Source: Pseudomonadota bacterium
GTDB taxonomy: Bacteria > Bdellovibrionota > UBA1018
DNA: 42,384 nt
Assembly (NCBI GenBank): GCA_039800365.1
Contig: JBDLQW010000031.1
Span: 1-42,384, forward strand
Direction: 5' to 3'
Part shown: positions 7,192 to 15,564 of the stretch, one piece after another
Layout of the letters: the number at the start of each line of letters is the position of its first letter
Numbering within the stretch: the stretch's first letter is position 1
Notes under the pieces: generated by a model
Told to the model about the DNA's origin: nothing
Database searches by the model: none
What the model saw: the letters and a program-made list of their open reading frames with translations, nothing else
Position numbers and translations under genes: made by a program

Positions 7192-10055
7192 CGTGATCCG
7201 CCTCCCGTCTGCAAGCGTCCTTCGAAGTACTCTGCCAATCGCAAGCGTCCTTGCTCGCGGTACGCCTCTCGAAGCGCAGTCAGCGCTTCGAGAGACTCTG
7301 GGTTTTGATGTAAGGTCTCGAGAGCTGCCTCGGCGCTCTTGATGAGCTCAGAACTCGACCGACTCTGGGCTGCCGAAACACGGATGCGATCATCCGTCAC
7401 ACCAGCAGTGACACCAGCCGTTGCGCCCGAGCCAGCGTTTGCGACCGACTTCTGAGACGCCGCAGCCACAGCTTGAGCATAAACTTGAGCTTTTTCATCA
7501 AAGGGCCGAGCCATCAGCTCTAAGCCGTTCTTCAGCTCGGCCACCGACGCTTCGGGAAGCGACTCAGGAATCGGGCTTTTTCGGATCTCTTGGGCAAACC
7601 GCTCATAAGCTCCTTGAAGAACGGCTGCGAGTTGCGCGCGAGTGTCGTTACCGCAACGAGGGAAAAACTCATCAGCGCGCTTTGCCACGCGCGCTAACGC
7701 TGCCAACCGCTTCTCGAAAAGCTGACGCGAATTCCTGCCGTAAAACGAAATCAACTCGCTCTGCTTTAAACTCGTCGAAATCTCTGCAAGCACCAGTTTC
7801 GCCCACTGCGGGCCGGTCTCAAACGAAGCAGAGAAAAGCTCTTTTCGAGAGCTCGGGTTCCCTTTTCCCTGACCCTCGAGCCATTCCGAAAAACGTGCCC
7901 GCGCCCCAGAGCCCATGAGCGTTCTCAAGATGGCATCCGAGGCAAACCCTCGAAGCAAGTCAGAGTGATCGATCGCCATCGCGAGCCATAGGCGCTCTTG
8001 CTGCTCTTGCTTTTCAGACAAACGCGCACCAAGCGCTGCCTGATGGCGCTGCCGCTGGCTCTCTTCCAGTTTTCGAGCAACCGCTGCGCGATCACCCGCA
8101 AGCTCCCAAAGAAGCGCCTGTTTCAACAAATCCGCTTCGGGCAAAACCTGAGCTGCTCGCGCAAAGTATCCCGCAGCTTCAAGCTCTTGAGCGAACTCAG
8201 ACTGGCGCGACTTACCCATCAACTCTAAAACGGCCAGGAGCGAAGCCTGATCTCGGCGCTTCACACTCAGCACTCGAGCGTTCTCGCACGACTTCTCGGC
8301 AAGCACGCCGCCTCGACAAAACTCGACGAAAGTTGCTAGAGCCTCTGCCGTTTCACCGCTTGCCACTGCGCCTTGAAATCTCGCCTGCCGACGAATTTCG
8401 GCCATATCTGCGAGCTCCTTCGCGAGGGCGGCGTCTGCTTTCAGCGCAGCAGAGTCTCGGGCCCAAGCAGCATCGAGCCAAGCGTTCGCACGGGCAATCA
8501 AGGCCGACCAGTCCTTGCGCTGATTCAAGAGATCGAGCACCAAGTTCTGAGCCTGAATTGCCCAACGATCGGGACGAGCCAAACCCGAAGTTTCGAAACG
8601 AGCCAGCTCTTCGAAAAGACGAAGCGCCAAGTCTTGCCTTTGAGAATCAAGATGAGCTTTAGCCAGCAAATACTTGTACTCGCGAGACTTTTCTCCTGCT
8701 GGAGCCCGGGCTACCAGTGCCGCCATTTCTTCGGCGATGACTTCAGGCAACCCCTCTTTTTGAGCGATCGAGGCTCGCCATTCACGAAGCGAAACCGAGG
8801 TAGGATCTTGAGAAATCCAAAGAGCCAGCTGCTCGAGCTTTCGCTTGGGATCAGACTCTGCTGCAAGCCATCCCTCCTGAAACTTCAGCCGCTCGGGTGA
8901 ACTTGAAAAAAACGAGAGATAAGCCAGCGTCGTCTGCTGAAAAACCGCCACCCGTTCTTTTTGGCTGATTCGCTCGCCATCGAGCTGAATCACCAACCGA
9001 CGTAAAAACTTTTCGCTCTCCACACGCTCTGACTCAGTTGCAGCCTGAAAAAGCCGCGCTGCGCTCTCAGAGGACAGCTCAGCCAAAGTTGCCTGAAACG
9101 CATCCCAGTCACGAGCCCCGTAGCGAAGCTCGGCCAAGCGCACTAACCGATGCAGCCGTGGCTCGCGTCGATTAACTTGGGCTAAGACTTCCGCGCCCGC
9201 CTGCGTCTGTCCTCCAACCAAAAACGCTTCGGCTAAGTCTGCAAGCAATGCCGGACGCCCGAGCTTCTCGGCAAGCGGTTCCAGCTTGGCCATCGCCTCG
9301 CGAGCACGCGGACGATCGGCCCAAAAAACAAGATAATCGCGCAAAGCCTCTTCACGGATCTGCCCGTGAGAATCCCAAAGCCCCAGCTCTAACTCTCGCA
9401 AGGCCGCTTCATCGGCAATCCCGCCTGAGGCCTGACGGAAGAGCCAAGCGCGCTTGAAGTGAATGTAAGAACAGAGGTCACCGCCTTGGCAAAGCTCGAG
9501 GGCAAGTTGATACCACCGTGCTGCATGAGGGGTATCGCCACTCTCAGCTAGTCGAAGCGCTGCTTCACGGGCAATCTCGATCGACTCTTTCTGCTGAGCC
9601 AGCGTCATCCAGAGCGCGACCGATCGATCGACTTGCCCCAACTCGCTCAGCAACCGAGCACGCTGAAAATCAATCTTGATTCGCGCGAGAGCACCGGGAT
9701 TCGCCCGGAGTGCCTCATCAAAAAGGGCTAGAGCTCGAGATTGTAAGCGCTGCCTTCGAGCGGGATCTTGCTGAGTGAGATCTTGCCGCGAAACTCGCGA
9801 CGCCTCTTCAACCAAAAGATCGGCAAGCCGAAGCGTCAGAGGAATTCGAGAGGGATCATTCATCGCTAACGAGTCTCGAAGCGACTCGGTTTCTCGAATC
9901 AGGAACTCATCTGCCTGAGCTGACTGAGCGCCGTGGAGTGCTGCCATCGCCGAAACCACCCAAGCGACGGCTCGCGCTCGCTCGCGATTCTGCTTCGCAG
10001 AAGCTTCCATCTTTTGAGAAACACCCCCACGCCACCCTGCCCCCCGACGCGCCAT
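7188..10055 (-). CDS. large periplasmic TPR-repeat protein (GltD/AgmU-like)
   Basis: 955-aa ORF with an N-terminal signal-like segment (AVAWVVSAMAALHGAQSAQA). Ala/Leu/Arg/Glu-rich helical repeats run throughout. It directly follows the motor genes, and its start overlaps the ExbD stop by 1 nt. Confidence 0.7.
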   Translation of the reverse strand: MARRGAGWRGGVSQKMEASAKQNRERARAVAWVVSAMAALHGAQSAQADEFLIRETESLRDSLAMNDPSRIPLTLRLADLLVEEASRVSRQDLTQQDPARRQRLQSRALALFDEALRANPGALARIKIDFQRARLLSELGQVDRSVALWMTLAQQKESIEIAREAALRLAESGDTPHAARWYQLALELCQGGDLCSYIHFKRAWLFRQASGGIADEAALRELELGLWDSHGQIREEALRDYLVFWADRPRAREAMAKLEPLAEKLGRPALLADLAEAFLVGGQTQAGAEVLAQVNRREPRLHRLVRLAELRYGARDWDAFQATLAELSSESAARLFQAATESERVESEKFLRRLVIQLDGERISQKERVAVFQQTTLAYLSFFSSSPERLKFQEGWLAAESDPKRKLEQLALWISQDPTSVSLREWRASIAQKEGLPEVIAEEMAALVARAPAGEKSREYKYLLAKAHLDSQRQDLALRLFEELARFETSGLARPDRWAIQAQNLVLDLLNQRKDWSALIARANAWLDAAWARDSAALKADAALAKELADMAEIRRQARFQGAVASGETAEALATFVEFCRGGVLAEKSCENARVLSVKRRDQASLLAVLELMGKSRQSEFAQELEAAGYFARAAQVLPEADLLKQALLWELAGDRAAVARKLEESQRQRHQAALGARLSEKQEQQERLWLAMAIDHSDLLRGFASDAILRTLMGSGARARFSEWLEGQGKGNPSSRKELFSASFETGPQWAKLVLAEISTSLKQSELISFYGRNSRQLFEKRLAALARVAKRADEFFPRCGNDTRAQLAAVLQGAYERFAQEIRKSPIPESLPEASVAELKNGLELMARPFDEKAQVYAQAVAAASQKSVANAGSGATAGVTAGVTDDRIRVSAAQSRSSSELIKSAEAALETLHQNPESLEALTALREAYREQGRLRLAEYFEGRLQTGGGSR

Positions 10056-10585
10056 CAGCCTTTTCCTCCCCCTGCTCCCACGACTGCGAGCTGGATCGAC
10101 CCAAAGGCCTGAGACGGAAGCATTCCCATAAACCGCGAGACCACGGCGCTTGAGACCGACTGATCCGCCTGAAGCGAAATTTCACCTGGAAATTCCTGCT
10201 GCGGATGCGAGCGCTGCCAGATTTCTCGCAATTGCGACAACCGTTTCATCAAGGGCTCGGGGCGATCTAAAAGCTCCTCGGCCGAGCCGATGAACTTTTG
10301 ATCCAGAAAAATCCCTGCACGAGAAATGGCAAGAACCGGGGCATCTTTAAGCTCGCGCGAAGTCGCCGAGATAGGAAGAGTCACCCCCTTCGCCACCACC
10401 GCAAGCTCCGGAGACGCCGAAAAGTTTTGAAGCAGAAAAATGACCAAGAGACTGAACATGTCGACCATCGACGTCAGCATCAAACCCGCAATGAGGATGC
10501 GTGCTCGCTTCTTTCGCTGATATTGCCGCGCGACCAAGTGCCGCGAGAAGGATCGATCGCCCAAATTCTGGCTTTTGAGATTCAT
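10055..10585 (-). CDS. ExbD/TolR family motor subunit (AglQ/AglS-like), copy 2
   Basis: 176-aa ORF. Basic N-terminus, single TM with the ExbD/TolR signature (MLTSMVDMFSLLVIFLL), then a periplasmic domain. ATGA overlap with the upstream gene. Confidence 0.85.
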   Translation of the reverse strand: MNLKSQNLGDRSFSRHLVARQYQRKKRARILIAGLMLTSMVDMFSLLVIFLLQNFSASPELAVVAKGVTLPISATSRELKDAPVLAISRAGIFLDQKFIGSAEELLDRPEPLMKRLSQLREIWQRSHPQQEFPGEISLQADQSVSSAVVSRFMGMLPSQAFGSIQLAVVGAGGGKG

Positions 10586-11115
10586 GCCCCACCTCTGAAC
10601 GCGCGAACGCCTGCCACTGCAGAATCGCGATTCGCCGGAACGACTCCGATGTTCACGATCTGATTGCGACGAAGAGCATCCATCACTCGAATGAGATCAC
10701 CGTAAGAAACGGCAGAGGACGTCGTGATCATGGCCGAAGAAATCGTGGCAGGATCACCCGAGTGAGCCGTCACAAATGCCCCCATGGCTTGGGCAAGATT
10801 CTGCGACAACTCCTCGATCGAAGCCGCCTTGAGCTGTTGTTTTTCAACCAATCGCCCGTTCTTTTTGATTACCCAGTCGAGCGCCGTCGAGTTTTGCATC
10901 GATAGCTCGACTTCGTGAGCTTGCCCCTTCGGCGCAGCAGCCTGGGTGCCATGGCTTTGTTTGACTTGAAGCGAGCCCACTTCAAGCCAAACTGCAGTCA
11001 TCAATAGAAAACAGATGCACATCGACAAAAGATCGATGAACGACACTAAGTTCAGCTCGGCATCCAAGCTTTTCTTACGACCGGAGCCTGAGCTCCCTCC
11101 CACTGATACCGCCAT
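10582..11115 (-). CDS. ExbD/TolR family motor subunit (AglQ/AglS-like), copy 1
   Basis: 177-aa ORF with ExbD/TolR N-terminal TM signature (LNLVSFIDLLSMCICFLLMTAV) and a periplasmic domain. Confidence 0.85.
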   Translation of the reverse strand: MAVSVGGSSGSGRKKSLDAELNLVSFIDLLSMCICFLLMTAVWLEVGSLQVKQSHGTQAAAPKGQAHEVELSMQNSTALDWVIKKNGRLVEKQQLKAASIEELSQNLAQAMGAFVTAHSGDPATISSAMITTSSAVSYGDLIRVMDALRRNQIVNIGVVPANRDSAVAGVRAFRGGA

Positions 11116-11155
11116 AGCACCCCCCGTGAATGGTCTTGAAACCTTAGAGCTGCGA

Positions 11156-11914
11156 CTAAACGTTCAGTTGAGGCGCAGGGTGCCGGTGCGTATTGCCACG
11201 ATTGAGATGCATGCCAGAAGCCGTGTTTTCAGCCCCGACAGCCAGAACCGTGCGATCAGATTCGGTCAAAAAGAGGAGATCATTGAAGATCTCGGTGGTG
11301 TTCTCAGTCAGTGCTCCGATCATCTTATCGGTGCGGTTCTGAAAAATGGCGAAAGCCACGAGTGCGGGAATCGCCACGATCAGACCAAAGGCCGTGCAAT
11401 TCATGGCTTCAGAAATCCCTAAAGACAACATCGTCGCGCGGTCAGCAGGGCTGGCCGAAGCCACCGCTGCGAAAGAGTGAATCATCCCAGCGATCGTTCC
11501 GAGAAGCCCCAGCAACGTTGCGACGTTCCCGAACATTCCCAAAAATCCGGTCCGCCGATCGATTTGAGAAATTTCGCGACTGAGCGCCTCATCCATTCGA
11601 GCTTGCAACTCATCGTCGCCAGCGCCGGTAGCGCGAAGCTGACATCCTAGCGCCACGATTCGAGCCAACGGAGAAGCAGTCGCCATCGCCGCAGTATGAG
11701 CAAAATTCTGCGCACTCACTAAATCGCCTTGCGCGATTTTTTCGAGCAGCTGCTGACGAAATCCGATCGGCAGTTCTTTGGTCTTTAAGAAAAGAGCGTT
11801 GATCCGCTCATAGATAAACGCAATCGTGAAAAGCCCAAATCCCAGGATGAAGTACATGAACACTCCACCCTCTTGAAAACTGCGAACGATCCCCATCATG
11901 GTGACCCCCTTCAT
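11156..11914 (-). CDS. MotA/TolQ/ExbB family proton channel (AglR-like)
   Basis: 252-aa ORF with three hydrophobic segments. Family signature LGMFGNVATLLGLLGTIAGMIHSF ... GISEAMNCTAFGLIVAIPALVAF. The alternative ATG at 11899 (MMGIV...) has a better purine-rich SD (AAGGGGG). Confidence 0.9.
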   Translation of the reverse strand: MKGVTMMGIVRSFQEGGVFMYFILGFGLFTIAFIYERINALFLKTKELPIGFRQQLLEKIAQGDLVSAQNFAHTAAMATASPLARIVALGCQLRATGAGDDELQARMDEALSREISQIDRRTGFLGMFGNVATLLGLLGTIAGMIHSFAAVASASPADRATMLSLGISEAMNCTAFGLIVAIPALVAFAIFQNRTDKMIGALTENTTEIFNDLLFLTESDRTVLAVGAENTASGMHLNRGNTHRHPAPQLNV

Positions 11915-12090
11915 TTCGCTTCATCATCGGCTCTGCATCGCGCCCCCTCTCAACCTTGAGAAGTCCCAGGCGCGCCGCTGGCTCTATGAGCCGACTTTAC
12001 TTTGACTGCTGGAAGCAAATCTGAGCGTAGCCGCCCGCAACCCGGTTGGCAATGCCGCCCGGTAGTTTTCGACTAGGAAAAATCATGAGG

Positions 12091-13071
12091 TCAATTTTCT
12101 GACGGCTCTCCTGCGAACCAGATCCAATCTGCAAGAGCCCCATAGGTCGAGTGGTGCACGGGCTCGGCAAGCCGAAGCTCGGGCTCGAGCTCGCTTTTTG
12201 GATAATCGCTCGCATCGACGAAACGAATCGACAAGAGGCGATGAACGCCTGAACTTTGCGCCAGAAGACGAGCAAAAACGCCATCGAAGTAATCTGAATG
12301 AAAGCTGCCCGTCACTAGCACACGAAAAGCAGCCGCCCCCTGCATCAAAGCATCCGCCATCACGGCATCGGTGAGGCTTTGAGCTTCGAAATAACGCCCC
12401 ACTTGCTCGGGAGAGGCATGCCCGCCAGTCATGACCGCTTCGAAACGCTCGCGATACCCCACTCCTCCGAGCGCAAACCCAGGTGGCAAAAGCGCCGGAT
12501 CTAAAGCCGAGATCCCCCCACGCACCACAGGAGCTTTCTCTTCACGCGAGAGATTCACCCCTCGCAACTCAGCCCCGATTTGAACCCCTACCTGAAGAAT
12601 CGGAAGGTAGCTGCGGTTCCTGCCCTGCCCCAGAAGCCGGTCCATGAACTCGGCATCACTGGTCAGGCCTCGGCGGTAGTTAGACCAATGCCCATCGATC
12701 ACTCGCTGGTCGCGCCGATTCAAAAACTCCCAACCTAAAATCCACTGCTTTTTTTCATCGCGATTGGCTTCCCAGGCTTCAGCAAGCGCTCGCGCTTGCT
12801 CGAGTTGAACGATTGGAGTGTCGTGCTTTTCTCCTAAAACCAAAACCTCAAGCCCCTGTAGACGCTGACGGCGCTCTTCGACGCTCAGCCATCGCCCTTG
12901 AGCAACATCGAACACTCGGCCTGACCAGGCCCTATCGGTTAAAGACGCTCGAGCCTCCCCAAGCCCCCGAATCCCTGACGGGTGTGAAGCCGCCTCGGCG
13001 CCCCCCATTTGCCCGATCACTCCTCCGATCAAAGCCGCCACAACCATGCCGATGCTCATTCTGAAACGCAT
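12091..13071 (-). CDS. periplasmic ChaN/Tiki-superfamily protein (haem-binding-uptake ChaN-like)
   Basis: 326-aa ORF with signal peptide (MVVAALIGGVIGQMGGAEA). Motifs VLVLGEKHD, GWEFLNRRDQ and the C-terminal VLVTGSFHSDY fit the ChaN family pattern. Confidence 0.7.
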   Translation of the reverse strand: MRFRMSIGMVVAALIGGVIGQMGGAEAASHPSGIRGLGEARASLTDRAWSGRVFDVAQGRWLSVEERRQRLQGLEVLVLGEKHDTPIVQLEQARALAEAWEANRDEKKQWILGWEFLNRRDQRVIDGHWSNYRRGLTSDAEFMDRLLGQGRNRSYLPILQVGVQIGAELRGVNLSREEKAPVVRGGISALDPALLPPGFALGGVGYRERFEAVMTGGHASPEQVGRYFEAQSLTDAVMADALMQGAAAFRVLVTGSFHSDYFDGVFARLLAQSSGVHRLLSIRFVDASDYPKSELEPELRLAEPVHHSTYGALADWIWFAGEPSEN

Positions 13072-13191
13072 GGCGCTCGACCTACCCCAGGCCAGAAAAA
13101 CATACCAGGCGATTCTCCGGATTGCTCTCGAGCCCCGAGTGTGACAACACTCGCACGATCACGATCAAATCAGATCCAAAGGACTAAAAGC

Positions 13192-13881
13192 ATGAAAACC
13201 CTGACTGAATTTTCAGCATTCGCCCTGCGAGAAGCCCTAGCCAAATCGAAAGAAATTCGCGCCAGCCTTCAAACCGAAGGCAAGCCCGAGGAAGAACTGG
13301 CAACCGCGCATCAGGAAACGTTTCATGCTTTCTTGAAAGAAAAGTTTCGTATTGAAGGCGAAAAGCTCGATCTGTTCATTAAAGCCCTGGAAGTGGCTGA
13401 AATGAAGCCTCGCGAGTGGGAAAACCTCAAGCGTATTGTCGTTTACACGCTCACCGAAGGAGAAAAAGCACCCGGGCATGTGGTGCAACGAGAGACGCAC
13501 GCTTTCGCAGCTGAATACCTCGCTTCGTTACGCCCCCAGAAAAATGACCGCCGAGAAAGCGGAAGCAAGCATGGAAAAGGCGACGGAAAAGGCAAGCGCC
13601 GAGGGAAACGCCGAGGCGACCTCAAGGGCAAACGCCCTGACGGCCAAACCGAGCGCCGAGGAGCCAACCCTGGGGCAAGCGACCGGAACGCTCAGGCACG
13701 TCCAGGCGCCCCCGGCAGCGAAGGTGCTCGTTCAGAAAAGGGTCGCCCCCCTCGACGTGATGGTCGGACCGGCCGGCCCCGTCCTCCCCGAGGAGAGATC
13801 GCCCCCGGTCATCTTTCAGTAGAGCAGGCGGCTCAAGCTGCAGCGAAGTCGACGGGGATTCGTCCGATTGAAAAGCCCTGA
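13192..13881 (+). CDS. hypothetical protein with strongly basic Gly/Arg/Lys-rich C-terminal tail
   Basis: Start placed at the in-frame ATG at 13192, because the ORF-track start at 13009 would overlap the divergent ChaN-like gene. 229 aa: a helical N-domain, then KGDGKGKRRGKRRGDLKGKRPDG ... PRRDGRTGRPRPPRGE. No family recognised. Confidence 0.55.
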   Translation: MKTLTEFSAFALREALAKSKEIRASLQTEGKPEEELATAHQETFHAFLKEKFRIEGEKLDLFIKALEVAEMKPREWENLKRIVVYTLTEGEKAPGHVVQRETHAFAAEYLASLRPQKNDRRESGSKHGKGDGKGKRRGKRRGDLKGKRPDGQTERRGANPGASDRNAQARPGAPGSEGARSEKGRPPRRDGRTGRPRPPRGEIAPGHLSVEQAAQAAAKSTGIRPIEKP

Positions 13882-13961
13882 GGGGGCCTCAGCGTAAGAA
13901 TCTCCAGGGGCCAAGCGGCTTTCGATCTTCTCAGGCTCGACTCACGCTTGCCCTTCTTGCG

Positions 13962-14711
13962 TTACTTGCGACTTACGTGCGTGGGGCTGGCTTGATCGAC
14001 AGGATAGAGCACCAGCTCCTGCACGTTGACATGCGACGGACGAGACGCCACCCAAACGACTGTGTCGGCTACATCTTGCGCGCTCAGTGGAGTCATTCTC
14101 TCGTAGACGGCAGAAGCGCGGTGTTCATCGCCCTTGAAACGCACGGCACTAAACTCGGTCTCGACCATGCCCGGAGCCAGCGTCGTCACTCGCACTCGGG
14201 TACCTAGAAGATCGAGGCGAAGGCTCTCGCCCAAAGCATGAACGGCAGCTTTGGTTGCCGAATACACGTGACCTCGAGGGTACATCCATCTTGCGGCAAC
14301 ACTGCCCATCAAAATCAGCTGTCCCGAATTGCGCTCCAAAAAATAGGGCAGCACCAACTTCGTGAAAGCCAGTACACCCTTGAGATTCGTGTCAATCATC
14401 TGGTCCCAATCCGACCACTGAGCGTCCTGAAAAAGGTCTAAGCCCAAAGCCAGTCCCGCATTATTGACCAGAACCTCGACCTCTCGAAGCAAATCGCCGT
14501 GCGTGGTGGCCAAAGAAAAAATTTGCGCCGTCTCCTGAACATCGACGGTTGCCGTCTCGACGCGAACACCAAAGCGCTGACGAAGCCGGTCAGCAAGCGC
14601 CTCTAAACGCTCACTGCGTCGCGCTACTAAGAAAAGAGCCTTGCCCTTTTGCGCGAATGCTTCTGCGCACGCTTCGCCAATGCCACTACTTGCTCCAGTA
14701 ATCAGGATCAT
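13962..14711 (-). CDS. short-chain dehydrogenase/reductase (classical SDR, YdfG/serine 3-dehydrogenase-like)
   Basis: 249 aa with TGASSGIGEA (TGxxxGxG), NNAG, and catalytic YSATK. Confidence 0.9.
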   Translation of the reverse strand: MILITGASSGIGEACAEAFAQKGKALFLVARRSERLEALADRLRQRFGVRVETATVDVQETAQIFSLATTHGDLLREVEVLVNNAGLALGLDLFQDAQWSDWDQMIDTNLKGVLAFTKLVLPYFLERNSGQLILMGSVAARWMYPRGHVYSATKAAVHALGESLRLDLLGTRVRVTTLAPGMVETEFSAVRFKGDEHRASAVYERMTPLSAQDVADTVVWVASRPSHVNVQELVLYPVDQASPTHVSRK

Positions 14712-14950
14712 GCCCCCCTTTTAGCAGAAGCACGAAGAAGGGCAAACTCGCGGCCGCCCTCCGACAACAGAGCTCGACCACTGCGGGCGGTCTTAAAAAA
14801 TGAAATCATCTCAACTGGGCCCGCCCTTTATGATTTGCTGATTTTTTCAGGAAATCGGCCCTCAGCTCGTCTGAGCAGCGAGTCAATGTCCGAATTTCAG
14901 TCTATTTTGGCGGAATCATAATTCCGGGGACCAGTTTAAAATGATCCCGA

Positions 14951-15322
14951 TTATGCTGCTTCTTGCAGTCGATCTTGGGCTTTCTCGCCATAGGGCAGGC
15001 AATGCCACCCATCAGGCTTCGAATGCGTGCTTAAAATCAGAGTGTGAGCATCACCCTTGACGAAAGACTTCAGGGCCATCGCAGGAGAACCGTGCTCCTC
15101 AGCAATCGCAACAAATTCCTCAATCGCCGAGCGAGTCACATCACCTAGAAGTTTATAGCGCCGGTCATCGATCGAGAATCGAAACACAGCCACGACTCCC
15201 GCCCCGCGCACCACTTTGTGATCACCACTCAGCTGAACGGCACGCGGCTTTTCTTGAAGGAATCTTTTAAAATAGGCCAGAAGCTCATCTTCAGATCTTA
15301 GGAATAATGGGATGCTGCTCAT
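14951..15322 (-). CDS. hypothetical protein
   Basis: 123-aa ORF in an otherwise ORF-free stretch, with balanced composition. No family recognised. Confidence 0.5.
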   Translation of the reverse strand: MSSIPLFLRSEDELLAYFKRFLQEKPRAVQLSGDHKVVRGAGVVAVFRFSIDDRRYKLLGDVTRSAIEEFVAIAEEHGSPAMALKSFVKGDAHTLILSTHSKPDGWHCLPYGEKAQDRLQEAA

Positions 15323-15531
15323 GGACGGTCGTTCTCCTCAATTCTTCACTCTGATCGGCAAAATTCCGACGCTCCTTTAATGGAATCTTCTCGATCTTCT
15401 AAACCCTATTTTAAGCGTTTTTGGCCACAAATCGATGTGTCACTAGACTCCTGTCTGGTTCTTAGACACCCCGAGCCCCACTACACGCCGCTAACCCTCT
15501 GAGATTCCAGCAAATCCGTTGCGCCCTCGTG

Positions 15532-15547
15532 TGGCACCCCGATTGCT
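15532..15547 (+). promoter_or_regulatory. sigma54 (RpoN) -24/-12 promoter, exact consensus
   Basis: TGGCAC-cccga-TTGCT matches TGGCAC-N5-TTGC(A/T) exactly, with correct spacing. It lies in the divergent intergenic region 15323-15564 and points into ORF 15565-15969. Confidence 0.6.
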
Positions 15548-15564
15548 CTCTGGGGCCGCAACTT

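Noticed and set aside
828-8900. Plus-strand ORFs antisense to the motor operon (for example 828-1073, 2435-2944, 4372-4764, 6086-6499, 6505-6903, 7421-7918, 8373-8900).
   Set aside because: Each lies wholly inside a longer minus-strand ORF that has recognisable domains and overlapping-junction operon structure. Their translations are Arg/Ser/Pro-rich, as expected for antisense frames of GC-rich genes, and I saw no SD sequences.
10055-11914. Reading the TolQ/ExbD genes as a classical Tol-Pal or ExbBD-TonB iron-uptake system, or as a Zorya-type (ZorAB) defence motor.
   Set aside because: No tolA/tolB/pal/ybgF order and no TonB-dependent receptor in the window. The downstream genes are a 955-aa TPR protein, OM barrel and lipoproteins. 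The MotA-like protein is of ordinary TolQ size, not the long ZorA type, and there are no ZorC/D-like genes. The ExbBD-TonB alternative is kept as the stated refutation test rather than fully excluded.
11934-11949. Possible sigma54 promoter for the motor operon (minus strand GGGGG-cgcg-ATGCA) and a weak one upstream of 23457 (23550-23565, GGGCGA-agact-CAGCA).
   Set aside because: In the first the GG-to-GC spacing is off by one nucleotide. In the second the -12 element lacks the conserved T before GC and the -24 box is poor.
13009-13191. N-terminal extensions proposed by the ORF track: 13009-13191, 15529-15564, 17432-17476, 18321-18428, 21804-21851, 22303-22668 and 32424-32519.
   Set aside because: The extensions overlap neighbouring genes or a promoter element, lack an SD, and add non-homologous residues in front of family-typical N-termini (MTRRAIYPGSFDP for CoaD, MAKLATRV for the aminotransferase, MRKAFILDTNVLL for PhoH2). 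Internal starts have an SD or ATGA coupling.
14741-14880. Candidate terminators downstream of 14951 (GGGC...GCCC at ~14741-14760; CTCAG-ctcgt-CTGAG at ~14860-14880).
   Set aside because: The stems are only 4-5 bp and are not followed by a T-tract on the relevant strand.
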